A stretch of DNA of 64,000 bases from Raillietiella orientalis (GCA_036172245.1 JAYWIR010000050.1:310001-374000); one strand, 5' to 3'; numbered from the stretch's first letter, positions 26,401-39,602 are shown. Program-made: numbers and translations. The notes: generated by a model not told the origin, from the sequence alone.

Positions 26401-28769
26401 CGAAGCCGAGCGCCGTCCCCCCGGCAGCCTCCCCGCGGCGACGGAAGGATCGCGAGGGGCAGGGAGGAAGGAGGAGCGCGAAAGAGTCGGCAGGGGGACC
26501 CTCCCGTTCTTCCTTGGAAGGCGACAAAGCACCAGCAGGGAAGAGCGCCGTGCCTCCCCGGGGGTTCGGAAGCGCTGAACGCCACGGTAGGCGTCCTCAT
26601 TGCCAAGGCAGAGACCGCCATCAGCGGCGGCGGCGATCGGGAAGCCGCCCGACATTCCGCGCGAGAGGACAGAGGGCAGGGAGAAAGAGAGAAGAGGGGG
26701 AGGGGGAGACGCGCAAGCGCGGATGCCAACTCTGGAGATGCTCGCCTTCCTTCTTTTCTGCAGGGGGGATGGGCGCCGGGGAGGGATGCGGGGACGGCGC
26801 CGGGAGACGATTGCGGGGAAGACGCGTCACGCGTCGGCAGCAGATCCGGCTGCAGGAGACAGGAAAGGGGAGGGGAGCATCGATTCGAAGTTTCGGGAGA
26901 GTCCACACCAAGCGCAGCCGCTTCCCTTCGCCAGCCTCCTCCTCCCCAAGTGCTCATCTGGCTGCCGCCGCGCGCCGCTGCTTCGGCGCAAAAGCAGGCG
27001 CGCTCCAAGCTTCTTCGGCGCGTCCCATTGCCCCGGACGCACCGCGGATGGAGGCGAAGGGGAAGGAAAGGTGGGCAACCGCAGAGGACCGGGAGCTGAG
27101 GCAAGTGAAGGAATGCTGGCCAGCCAGCATTTCCCCGCGATCTAGCAACCACTCCTGTAACGGGGCTCCTTCTGGGAGGGATCCGCCGCCCCCACAAAGG
27201 CGCGCCGGATAAGTCGAGCGGGAGCAGCGCGACGATCTCGGAAGGGGGGAGGGCCGCTAAGCGGGTATAGCGAGAGGAGGAAGCAGGCAAGCAAGGGGCT
27301 AGACCCGAGCCCTCCCCCCCCCCTGGTGCTGCGCTCGCATGCATGCAGACAGAACCTTCCCCTCCCCTCCCCTCAAAAAAAAAAAGGAAGAAAAAAGAGC
27401 CGCTTTCGTGTGCTCACGTCTTACTGGTTTCGTACGGATTTCGCCGTTAATAACACGGTGTCCACGCCGACTTTCGGTTCTGGAGCCTGGAAACGCCGTC
27501 TTCGGAAGAGATCGGATCTATTTTCTTACAGCAACGCGAATCAAGCATCACGCGATAGAGTAATGTCCCCCGTCGAGAATCGCACGCCAGCGTTCGTTCC
27601 TTCGCCCCTGGAGCTTCGCCTAGGCTAACGCCGCTCCCGCGTAGGCCTCGCGAGCCGGGCGCCTGCGCAGACGCCGCCCGCAGACCCGGTGCCTCTCGGC
27701 GGTGCCGCTCGGCGGCGCTGCTCTCAGATCGCGCTCGGGCGGCCGCTCCGGGTGAGCGCCGCCACCCTTTCCCCCCCATCCCCCGTACTCGAGGGTTCGT
27801 TTCTCTTTCTTTCCCGCCGAGCATGAGTTTGGACACTCTCGGGACTATCGATGACCCATTTTTCTTCTTCTTCCTCTCTTTTTTTCTTTTGGCTGCCTAT
27901 GGTGCGGCGTCTCTGATGAGCAGCTCCAAGAACCATGCATTGGCACTTTGGAGCAACTCATGAAATACACACACACACACACAAAGGAGGGAGGGGGGGA
28001 GGAAGAAGAAAGGATAACATGGAAATTGTTAAGCTCGTTTGCTTTGTGACCCGGCAGAAATGTGTTTTTACACGATTCCACCCCGGAGACAAAAGCGGTT
28101 GCCAGAGAGGTGGAGGGGTCAGCGACGCGTCTCTCCGGCCGGTAGCGCGGGTCTCCCCGCTTTTCCCGGGTCGCGCGGGGCGACCGCGTCCCGGCGACCA
28201 GGCAGCGTGGAGTTGCGCGGCGCGCTTTCTTGTGACGAGGAGGAAAATTTCGGAAGTGACGCCGAGCTCCATGGGAACTCCACTTTGATATTTATAGAAT
28301 CTGCTGATGTTGGGTTGACGACGACGAGGACTGTTCAATCGATACAATCGAACGCGAAGGAGGAGAGCAAAAAAAAAAAAAAACCTTCGCACACGGTAGG
28401 TCGGACACGTGCAGACTGATTGCTCGTAGATTACCCGAAGGGTCCATTTCTGCTCCCCTCCTCGGTCTGAACCGAGGCTCCGAGTTAGCAACCCAGCCGC
28501 CAGCCGTCCGGGATGTTGCCGCGCAACTGAGGAAGCTCTCGGGCAAGTGCACCGTGATACACACCGATAAGAAGGGGAGGGAGGAAGTTGACTACTTGGG
28601 AAAATGAGCAGGAAGACTTGAGAGCCCTAACGAGATGAGGGAGCCGGAAACTGCGACGAGTGACACGCTGACAGACGAACAAGTGCGCATTCGAAAGAGT
28701 TCCTGCATCCCGGATGCGTCCCGAGCACCTGCACTGTGGAAATGAGAGTGTCGGTCGGTCCCCGAAAAG
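20461..28769 (+). pseudogene. Long chain of frame-broken, protein-like segments; possibly one or more decayed genes for disordered proteins
   Basis: Plus-strand blocks such as MERPEQISTEILERKLILYISINFK, ALIHAIIHHAKVFDKDGGGSKQLEKMSY/gtaagc, HTAVMDNMNDGLTAAPPQSKEVRKEEL, ENEEEEFATRMSSELCGEEEPQG, EGVRYTSASSSDFDDSRSHSPSP, EALNATVGVLIAKAETAISG and DVAAQLRKLSGKCTVIHTDKKGREEVDYLGK, in shifting frames with scattered splice-like sites. No family recognised. Confidence 0.3.
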
Positions 28770-29453
28770 TAGGGGGAGGTTTCACCGCTGACAACAGTTT
28801 AATCGCGGAGACTCGTCCCTCCGCAGTTTGAGTATTCGGCGGCTGTCACCATCAGCGTCCTCGCTTGCTTTCGGGAAGGTCTTTCCTCGTTATGCGAGCA
28901 TCGCTCCCGGCGTCCCGGTCCGCGAGACCTCCACTGCTCGCTAAGTGGTTCGTCGAGGAGCAGGGCGAGTCCCCGGGTCACCGCGGGCGACGCTGTTCGT
29001 CCGAAGGGCTGAGCAGCCGAAGCGGGAGGGCTGTGAACGCATCACGCGAGGCGGGGGTGTGCCTTCCGGCGCAAAGGACGCGCGGGAACGCACCGAACCG
29101 CTCCCAGCTCCCACCGAACCGCGAAACCCTGCGGAAGGTTCCCCGGATGCGAGTGAGCCTTCCCGAGGAGCAGCATCTTCTCCTAATATATGATAATGCG
29201 TTCTCGCTGATCATCGCGGGAAGGAGATAAACAACAAAGGATAGGAGGACGAGTGTTTTACTTTATCATAACTCATTGCGAAGAGGATCGGATAGTTGGC
29301 TTTTTCCAAGATAAACAAAGAGGAGGAGACTTTAGAACGGAGAGAACACAGAGAGATAAGCGCAGCACGCATGGAAGATAAACGGAATTACGGAGCTCCC
29401 GTGTGAGATTGATGAGCACGGAAAAGCGATGCGTCTCCGCGGAAACGCACAAG

Positions 29454-29696
29454 TTCTCGCGGCTCTCTCTCTCTCTCGTCCGCCAACAATCGTTGCCATG
29501 GAACGATTTCTGTTGTTTGGAGGGAGGCACAACGTTCGGAAACATTTCATGAGCTCTTCCCCCCCCCCTCTTCTCGCGGCTCTCTCTCTCTCTCTCTCTC
29601 TCGCCCGCCAACAATCGTCGCCATCGAGCAATTTCGGTTGTTCGAAAGGGGGGGGGGAAGATGTTCAGAAACGTTTCGCGAGCCCCTCCCCCTTTC
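29454..29696. repeat. Diverged tandem duplication, two units of about 120 nt
   Basis: The units start at 29454 and 29571 and both read ttctcgcggc(tc)n gYccgccaacaatcgtYgccat...atttcKgttgtt...gttcRgaaacRtttcRYgagcYcYtccccc. Confidence 0.9.
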
Positions 29697-32600
29697 GGGA
29701 AGCGGTGGTTGCCCGCGGAAACGCCAGTGCTTTTCGCCGAAGGAGGGAAACAGAAAAAAAAAAAAAAAACCTGCATTTTGCACGTGGCCTTTTCGTCCAA
29801 CGCAATCGCAAAAACCGGCGAAATCCGTGCAAGAAGGGGAAACGGAATTTTTCCTGACGTGGAAATTCCATATCGATGCCAGAGGAAGACAGCAGCAGCA
29901 GCAGCAGCAGGCAACCGATTGGATTTTTCCGAAAATGATGAAAATGAGGGGAAGAAAAACAGAGGGAAAGGAGGAGGAGGAGGAGGAAGAGGGGGAGGAG
30001 GAGATGGAAAGAAGGAAGGAAGGAGGGGGGGAGGAACAAATCATATTTGGGAAGATCGATAAATTTTGAGCGAGAGGAATGGATTTGGAAAAGTATTGAG
30101 GGACTCGTGAAAGATTAGGTTTAATTAAAGAGAAAAAAGCCATGGGAGGCAGCGGTCCACGAATCTTTCAGAACACATCTGACCACACACGAAAGGACCA
30201 AAATAACGGACTGATAAGCAGGTGGAAGAAGCTCTCCAAAAAGAGTTCTAAACTGATTTCTCTCTCGTGCGCGCGCGCACGTGAGCGTGTGTGTGTGTTT
30301 TCACGTGTGTATGCACGTGTGTGAGTGTTGGGATGTGTATTTTCTCTTTCTCTCTCTCTCTCTCTCTCTCCCCCTCCTGTTTTTTGACGACTGAAGCGGA
30401 TACCGCTTGCACCCGAGGGAACAAACAGGCGATTCCAGCGAGGGGGACACACCCCCGAACCAGGGAACTGTCCGGAAGCGCCGAATCCATTAAAAATCGA
30501 TCCTCCGTTCGCCATCCTCGAAAATGATTTACCGCATGCAATCGTAACCCGCACGGGAGAGACCGACCCTCTCTGTCAGCGCAGCATCTCGATCCCTAAT
30601 TGAAGGCACCGCCGACGGCACGAAAAGAATTCCGGAGCCCCGCCGCATATCCCGCGCCGCGCCACCCTGCGCCGCTCTCTCCAGCGGCGGCCGAACCAGC
30701 ACCGCCCGGCTTCCCGGAGACCGTTCCCCCCCTCCCCTCCGATGCGCCCCCATTCCAGCAAGCCGGCGGAACATCCCGTCCGTCATTCTCGGCGTGTCAT
30801 CCGTGCTCCCGCGCGCTATTTTCGGAGACGTCGTCTCGAAGTTTTGAATTCCGCGCCTTTCGGAGACGCGAAGCGCTTCGCCGCCACCCGGGGACGCGAG
30901 CGCATCCTCGGGAAACGGCTGGAAGGCAACGTCGATCCTTCTTTCCTTCCTCCTCGAACACGAAGGGGGGGGGGGGGGGGGAGGGATGCCGGCGCCGAAG
31001 ACGCCTACAGTGAGTGTGAGGATGAAGTGTGCGAATGCGCGCGCCCCTTCTCTCCCTCCCCGATGCCGAAGACGCGGGTCGTGGTTCCCCGGCCTCGGGC
31101 TCCGCGAAGACTCGGTCCGAAAACCGAGGGGCGCCGCCCAGCTCCGGGATGACGAGGGAGTTGGTGCGCGCGGGACGAACCCGCGCGGAGGACGTCGTTT
31201 TCGTACTTCCGACTTTTCGAGAGGGCGGCTTTGCGGAACAAGGAGTTCGTTTGCTCGGAGGCGAAGCGTCTCCACGGTAACGAACCGTTCGAGGCGAGCG
31301 GTACGGGTGCGCGGGTGTACGCACATTCTTGCGCGCGCGTGGGGAAACTTTTTTTTTCGTTTCCGTGATTATGGACATCACAGATGTGAAAAAGCGTGTG
31401 AGCAAGTGGTAAAAAGAAGCAGACAGACCAAAAAAAACACACACACACGCACAAAATGACGGTAGGTTTTTCGAAATTACACAAATGAAACAGCATTCAC
31501 ATCATTATCCCGACATAAATCTCAGGCAAAGAGTTTCACTGGGGGTGGCACAAGGGCGAGAACCCCTCGGAGAGGGAATTCCTGCATGCCGACGGCCACT
31601 CGGGAAGGCGTCCGCTCTTAAAGGGAAGAAAGGTCGCCGCCGGTAACTTGCGCTTTTTCCTTCTTTCTTCCCTCCCCCCTCCCCCTCCCTTTCCCCCCTC
31701 TGTCTCTCTCTCTCTCTCTCTCGCTCTCTCCCGTTCAAAAATCTCAGGATCGCAATCGGATTTCGCGTGGCAAGTTATTTTTTCCAATGGGATAGTCAGC
31801 CTCGTTAATTTAATGAAAACTGGCAGCTTGCTCACGTTGATGGGAGCCGGCCTGCTCGCAGAACAAGTTACTTAGGGAAACAGTTTCCAATTTCGTTTCA
31901 TCATTTGCTGGCAATGGAAATGAGAAATGCATTCTTAGAGGATCGTGCGGCAGAGAAACGCTCCAATAAATTAAATTAATTATCGGGACCCGATATGCTA
32001 AAGGATCCCAACAGGAGAGAGCGTATCCGAGGACCGCGGAACCCCCGATTTGAGATTGGAATTATTCGTGTCGCGTGTTGCGTTCCCTCCCTCCCTTCTT
32101 TCCCCCCTCGCCGGAGCCCATCCCCGTCCGCCGTTCGTGGGATCCCCCGAAGGCCCTCGGCGAGTCGCCCGCACAGGAGCGACCTGTCCATCCCCTCGAG
32201 CGGGCAGACAAATGTACGAATCTGCAGAAAGCCACTGTAATCATTTTCTCCTTCATTTTTCGAGCTACCGCTAATCCAAGGAGGAGGAGGAGGGCATTAC
32301 TTTCCTGTCTCCTGTGGGTTTCGCCCGGCATCTGCCTGCGTACGACGGGAACCTCCCCCCCCCGCCCCAAAAATTGCCACTTCCTACCCCGCGTTCCGGC
32401 GACCTACATTCCAATGCACCTTCCCCATCGGCTCTCACCGGTTAATCCGCACGTGACTTTGACGCTCTTTTCCCTTTTTCATACGTTCTATTTATTACGT
32501 CACATTCTGTTATGATTTCATGCATCAGCTCTGCGTGCATTTGTGTACACACGGAATGAAACGGATCCATCTTTCTCAGGTCTAGATGTACACTGCATGT

Positions 32601-35600
32601 ATCTAATACTTTACATATACCTTCCTCCTTTTCTCTTCCTATACGTATACGTTATATCCATCTGCAGTGTCCGCCTTTTTGGCTACGAGCAATGCCGCAA
32701 GGTGGTTAAAGGCCATCCCTTTCATTTTTCTTTTTTTTGCATATATGTGCGCGTGTGTACGTATGTATGTATGTGTACGTGTATGTATAGAAATGCGTGC
32801 GTGCAATGCGACCGGGTCAGAAAGGATGGATTGGTCGCTTCCCGAGATGAGGTCCGACGTTTCCGCAAACGCCAACTCACGCTTAAGCAAATTTGCCCTT
32901 CGATGTCTTTCATTCCTCCCAAATGAGCGCTAACATATCGCGGATTTTTTAACCGCTGATCAAAACGACGGTGTTCGGCGCCTCTTTGTTTGTTCCCGGG
33001 GCCGCGGCAGGGCGCAGGATCGTCGGCTGCCGCCGGGAACCATCTGCGACTCATTACGCATTCAGTGCTTGTACTTCTTGACAACTCGCTTGATAATGTC
33101 GGAGGCGGCTTTGCGTTCTTTGTTTGGCGTTTTCGCGAAATCAATCTTCGCGCGCAGCGTTTTATCCCTTTCGCCCCGCGATCCGGAGCTCCGGTGCTTT
33201 CCTCGCCTCCCGTGCAACCCTTCCGCATCGTGCTGGATGCGTTTACAATGTCGCATCTCCTCCTCGTCCTCGCCCTCCGTCCGCCGCGGCGGACGGGTTC
33301 CTCCCGACGTCTTCGGCTCCCCGGAAACCTGCTCGGCTCTCGTGGTGGCTCCAAGTCGCCCGGACGCTGCCCGCCCCCACCCCCCACCACCCCCTCTCTC
33401 GCTCTCTCGCAGCTTCTTCCGAAAAAGCCTCGGAGGAGTCCGCGACGTCGCACATGGTGTGGGAAAAGACCTCAGCGGGTTCGTTGCCTCCTGCTCGGTG
33501 AGCTTTTCCCTGTTTCCGCTCTTGCGTCGGGGTGGTGGCGGCGCTGCCGCGTGGCTTCGCAGCGTCTCTTGAGAGGCACACCCCCGACCAGGCACGGCGC
33601 AGGTACAGAACGATCGCTCGAATCTCCTCCCATCCTCCGGAGCGGCGGTTTCTCTGCGCCGAGCCGGCTGGTCCGCGCACCGAGAGGACGGAGGCGCGCG
33701 TCGCGAAAGTCGCCACCGCGGCCTCGAGGTGCTGCGGAGCGAGGCTCGTCCGTCCGTTGGGCTCGGGTGATTGCAATTTGCCTGGCGATTGCAACCGTAA
33801 TCCGGGAATCCCGCGACAGAACTGCGTCTCTCGAGACTTCCCCCCCCCCCCTTCTTCAGCTTGTTCTTCTTCTTCTTCCTCCTCTTCTTCTTCCTCCTCC
33901 GACCTTCCCCTCCTCGACCTGAAAAAATCGAATCAGAGCGGCGGAGGAGCAGCCTCCTCTGCAAGCAAGAGTCCGAATTACCAGAGTGCACGACACACGA
34001 CGACGTCCGTTTCCGGTCCGTCCGTTGTGTGTATGTGTGTGTTTTGTTTGTCCGTCCGCTTCTCGGAGCCGATTGAAGGCGGAAATCGACCGAGGAGAGT
34101 GTCAAATCCATTCCTAAAATGAATGAATCTTTAGCGACTGCTGATTTTTCCGTCTGCTTGCGGGCAATGTATTCCGGAGAACCCCCCGTTCTTGAAGTTT
34201 GGGGGTTTTCGGATGTGAGATCAGTCAGTTGGTCCATCAGCGCAGCCTCCCCATTCGGTGGCTGCTTCAGTTTCCACGGTATTTCCCAGAAATTGCTCGG
34301 ATAGTTTGTTTTCCAGCTGAGTTGGTACTAAGAACAGAGAGATCGATCCAGAGGAATCCCATGATGTCCCTCTGTTGCTGAGTTTCCGTTTTCTCTGCGT
34401 TCCTTTTGAGCCCCGGGACTTTTCAAGCTCCCTCGTCTCGCTCGCGAGCGAAACCCGGGCAACAATGCTGCGAAACCGTCGGCGGTTGCCATGGCTGCCT
34501 GCTAGGCGCTTTCCGGCACGATCTCTCACAGTGTGTGAACCGACAAATTCACGCATTGCTCATCCAACGGTCACCGTTCCAAAAAGGCAGGACGTTTCCT
34601 CTTCCCCTCCATCCTGCCCTCCACCACCACCACCACCACCACCAAAAAACAAAATTACAGGTAATCAATTCCCGATTCCTTTGATCGATTTTTCTCCAAA
34701 GTTCTCAATTTTCCTTTATCTCCTTTAGATAAAGCTTCACTAACTCAAAGAAACAACGTGATTCGCATAAACTCGGCGAGGATTAGTATTCCGAATCGGA
34801 TTCTAGCGTCATACTTATTTTAGAAGGCGGAGGGGAGACAGGAGGAAGTGTAATCACGGGAAAGACTGTTTTTATTTTTGTTTATTTATTTTCCCTCCTT
34901 CCGTGGTAGCACTTTGGGGAGTTTAAAGTGGGCACAAGAAGTTGCAAGTCCTCGTTCGCGGTTTTCCGCTCTCGCGGGGGAGCCCAAACGTTCCGTCTCC
35001 GAACGGTCCTCGCTGTCTCTCTGCGCTCTGCCGTTCGGAGACACCAATTTCCATCTTTGATTGCTCCTCCCTTAATCGAATGATCCCTGCGTTCATCCTG
35101 AGGGATTTTCGCTTTTCGACAGTGGGAGTCTGCGTTTGAAAAAAAAAAAAAAAAAAGGAAGAAGAAATTCCGGGGTGTCTGAAAATCTTGAAGAACCCTC
35201 CCCCTCCTCCTCCCCTCTGGTGTAGCGTGCGTGGGGGCAAAGAGAGAAGTGTGTTCCGGTAGGGAGCACGGGTTTCCCTTCTCTCGTTCCCAAAGATACC
35301 GTGTTCTTCTCCCTCCCTCCCTCCCCCTCCCTTCCCTTCCCGACTCCCCGAGTGCGCGCACACTGCTCTCGAGGCCGGCGTGGTTGAGGGCGCTCCTCGC
35401 GTCTTCCCCGAACGCGACACTTTAGGAAACGGCGGAGCATTAAGAGGAGGCGACCCGACGTTGCGATCGCTTTCTCCGCGCTGCACTCACTCCCCATGAA
35501 TTCATCAACGTTGACACTTCGCAACGAGCCAAGAGATATTAATAAACGCGAGCAGCCATCTTGAAAGGTGCAAGAATGGCATCCCCGAGCAGGCAGGGGT

Positions 35601-36383
35601 GGCACAAGAATGAGTGCATCCCCGCCTCCCCCTCCCCTCCCCTCCCTCTCCCCGCTCCTCTTCCTCCTCCCTTCCTCTCCTTCTTCCTTTTCTTTCTTTC
35701 TCCTCGTTCCCTCTTTCCTTCCTTCCTTCCGAGGCCAGTCAGCTCCATCTCAGTCGCGAAATCAGGTCGGTTTGGGGATCCGCTTGGTTTTTGCTGACGA
35801 GATGTTTTCCTCTCATTACTTCCTTGCTTTTAATAACACTACTAATTCGCCCATTTCCCAAATTGCTCTGCTGTGCTGTGCGCGCCCAGGCACCGGGACC
35901 CGGAAAAACATCGTGCCACGAGGGAAATGGCGCCTCCGAGGGCCCGTTCACTTCCAGTGGCTGCCCCTCCTTTCTCCCCCCCCCCCCCGCCTTCCCCCCA
36001 ACCAACCGAACTCGGCAAAACGCACGCGCATGTTCGAAAACGGCGCAGCCCGTGCCTTGGGTTTTTCGTGTTGTTGCCTGGAAACAAGTGAGCCTATCCA
36101 TTGTTGCGGTCGCCGAGAGCTTTGCGTTGCCCGCCCGCTCGTGTTCTCGCGCCGGCTCGCCCCGTATTTTTTCGAAAGTGGAAAAACTAAAATAGAGCAA
36201 GGTAAAAGAGACAAACGCGAGACGAGTTCTCTGACGAGAAGAGCAGCGATTTAAGACAAATGATTGGCATTGGGAGGAAGTGGTGAGAACCCTTCGATTA
36301 AGTGAGTAGAATCAGCTGGATTTCTTGAATTGAAACAGCACAAAGTATGGAGATCGTGATTTACAAAACAGGGGGGGAGGGGG

Positions 36384-36436
36384 GGACATGCCTCATTTGT
36401 TTGGGGCGTGCCTCATGGCATGCCTCAAACATGTCA
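36384..36436. promoter_or_regulatory. Cluster of four p53/p63-type half-sites
   Basis: GGACATGCCT (36384), GGGCGTGCCT (36404), TGGCATGCCT (36416) and AAACATGTCA (36427) compared with the consensus RRRCWWGYYY: one perfect match and three with one mismatch each. Confidence 0.5.
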
Positions 36437-37680
36437 CGAGGAACGCTGAGGAGGGGAAATGGGAGGCACTTCTCTCGTTATTGACGGAGCTGAGGTTTTT
36501 ATTATTAATTTTTCAAGTCTAATTAGCGCGGATCTTTGTGGATTACCGTTGATTTCTCCACTTTTCTCGAACTCGGGCACCGCGAAGACCAGCGCAGGGG
36601 TGAAGTTGTCGTCGATTCGGACCTCTCCCCCACCTAACGGGGAAAAAAAAAAAAAAAAAAAAATGTAGACGAGTCCTGGTGCTCTCAAGTGGTCTAAAAA
36701 TAAGTAGAATGTGCACGGTCGAGCCAGGCTGATCCATGAGCTCGGAGCAAGGGAACGGTGAGGAAGATCGAAACGAACCAGCATCGGTAGTCGCCAGTGC
36801 AGGATCCAGTGCCCGGGGAAAAAGGGTGCTTTCTTTTTTTCCCCCCATCGCAAAGAGAATGCAAGCCCGGAGACTGATTGATGACTGAGACGTTACCATG
36901 CATTCGGATGCAGGACGAGAGATTTCAAGCACGCGGCAGATCTCTGCTACGGCGTTTGGGCACCGACGGTCGGTGTATGTGTGTATGTGTGTGTGTGGGG
37001 GGGGGGGGAGAGGCTACATCCAAGAAGAGAGACTTTCTCCCGGCAGAGAGCGCATCGTGGATGATTGCCGACGAGGAGGCCACCTTTTGAGAGCCAGCGG
37101 GAGAGGAAGGCATCCAGGGATAATCCGAGCCGGGGAACGTTCCCGACTTTCGCGTTTCTTCACGCTCGTCTTCGGGTGCCTTGCCTGCACGATGACCACC
37201 GAAGGGAGGGGAAAGAAAGGATCTTCGCGCCTGGCGCTGCCGTCGCCGGCAAGGAAACGGCAGCACAAAAACTGGGAACCTTGATGCTGATTGATGCGAT
37301 GAGACCACGGCGGAGGAGAGGGCTGATGGAGGAATCGAAGGAAAGGCAGAAGAATCTCAAGGTGACGGGCAGCCGCGGCTGCTCCGTGCTTCCACGGTGT
37401 GCGTGTCAAGGGCGACTGGCGGCTGCTCGCGAGAGCCCGGGCGGGAGACGGCGGCGGCCCGTCTCACCGACGGCGGGGGCTGGCGGACCGAGCGAGTCAA
37501 GAAGCGCGCCACCTGGTGGATGGCCCGGAGGTACTCGTCGGGTGCTCGGTTGACCCGGCGCGCACGGGGACGGAAGGCCATCCGCGGAAGAGAGGCCGCT
37601 GGCAGGAAGCGAGCGAGCGGCGGCAACGCGGAAGAGGAAGAAGAACGCGAGCACCTTTGCACAGAATCGATCGGCACGGG

Positions 37681-37741
37681 GATGATGATGATGATGATGA
37701 TGATGAGGAGGAGGAGGAGGAGGAGGAGGAGGAAGAGGAGG
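37681..37741. repeat. Compound microsatellite (GAT)n(GAG)n
   Basis: Directly visible trinucleotide runs. Confidence 0.95.
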
Positions 37742-39600
37742 ACCCGTCGTCCTCTTGGCTCCGATTTGAAATCCGGGCCGTCGCGGGTTCCAGCGGGAGG
37801 GACGGCGGCCTCGCGTCTCCCTCCGTCATTTTCGGGAACGCAGGGGGGGAGGTGGAGGGGGGGGGGGGAGGCACGCAAAGGCAGATCGTCTCGCGCAGCT
37901 GAGCAACGACAACGGGGTGCCGCCGCTGCTCTCCACCAGGAGGCACCTGCGGCGGCGAGAAGGCTCTGGCGGCAGCAGAAGGTCAGGCGCAGAAGGGTCG
38001 CAGCGGAGTAGCGAAGCGACGTGGATGTCCTCGCGCGTGCGCACAAGGACGTTCCCCGCCCCTGCGGGGGAGTCGCAGGACGGGAAGAGCCACTCGCTCG
38101 CTTCCCAAGTGCCCCTCCTCTTCTTCTCGTTCTTACCCCTGGGGAGGAGAAGGACCGGGGGCCTCTCCCTGGAGGACGTCGGGACCTCCTCGCCTGTCCA
38201 CTGGACGGGCGGGGGTTTCCGGAGGGACGCAGCGCCTCGTCGCCCGCGCGACGGACGGATCCCTGGGGTCGGAAAGGCTGCCGAAGGGGGGGCCGCCCCG
38301 CCCGCCCGCCGCCGCCGTCATTCCCGTATGCCGGCCGCATGCGCGGGCGCGGCTCGCGAGCCGAGGAGGCGCAAGACGCCGCCAGTCGTGAAGCGCGCGC
38401 GCGCGGGCGAGCTGCTCTTCCCGGCGTCCTGCAAGCGAGCGCAGTGGCCCTGCTGCCCCTCGCCCTCCCGGGGCCGTTGCCGCCTGCCCCTCCTCCCGGT
38501 AAGTCTTCACACTGCTTGACGTGCCCCAAAGGCTGCCCCTCCGCCGGCGGAAGGGGTGGGGGGCGGGGATTGGTAGGCGGGGAAGAGGCCCCACGCTTTT
38601 CGCGGTCCCGGGCGGGCGTCGTGCGGAAAAAAGGGGAGGCGACCCGGAGGGGGCGCCGGTCCCCGCGGGGAAGACGGCCCTTCGGAGGCTGCGACGAGTA
38701 GGAGGGAGGAGGGCGTCCCGGGCAGCCGCTCCGGTGGCTGGGCTGAGGTCGCCGCGGTGGAGGGGCGGACGGGCGAGCGGGAGCTCCCGCCACCTCCCCC
38801 CCTCTCTCCCCCTGCTTCCTCCAGCGCGCGCCTTCCTTCCTCCGGGAGGTCGGGAGCCGCTGTTCTCCCGGAAACGCCCGGATCGAACGCGCGAGCCGAG
38901 AGCTGCCTCCTGACGTCCTCTCCGGCGAGTTTCCCCTCGGAGAGTGAAAGTGAAAGTCAGAGGAGAAGGAGCGGCGGCGGCGGAGGCGGGGAAACGAGGT
39001 CAGGCGGGGTCGGCATCTGCGAGAGCGGCGGCGAGGGCAGGGAGTCCCCCTGGAGAGAGAGAGGCATCGGTCCGCCGCCGACCGACCGGTTCGCTCGCGC
39101 GTTCGTGTTTACCCTTGCGTGCTCCCGGGGGGTCTTCGCCGCTGCTTGTCGCGCGCGCGGCACCTTCCGCCCCGAGGTCCGTCGCCGCCTGCCGCTCCGC
39201 GAGGAAGGGTCTCGAAGACGCCGCTGCCGACCTCTGCTGGGCGCGCGCGTTTCCGTCCGCTCGCCGCCGCGCGCACCTTCCGGACGGCTGCAAGCAGACC
39301 GCCGCCACCCCCTCGCACCCCTCCGTCCCCCCCCGCCCCCCACTCTCTGCCCCGTTGTTTTCGCGGCTCGACGCAGCCAAACGCGCGGTCGACATGGCAA
39401 CGCGCGCGTGCGGTTCCGGGCGAAGGGTGGGAGTGCGCGTGTGTGTGCTCTCCGATTTTCCCGCGGGGGGAAGACTCCTGCTGCCGTTCGCTCGCGTCGT
39501 CACCCCCGCGATCACCTCCCCCCCTGCCATCCCTCCCGACGAAGGGGAGGAAGAAAAAGAGCACAGGGAAGGCAAGGTACGTCGGGCAAAGATCGCACCC

Positions 39601-39602
39601 GT

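Noticed and set aside
34216..34237. bantam/miR-81-like seed TGAGATCA
   Set aside because: The rest of the mature sequence does not match and the flanks do not form a pre-miRNA hairpin. No other conserved miRNA was recognised by eye.
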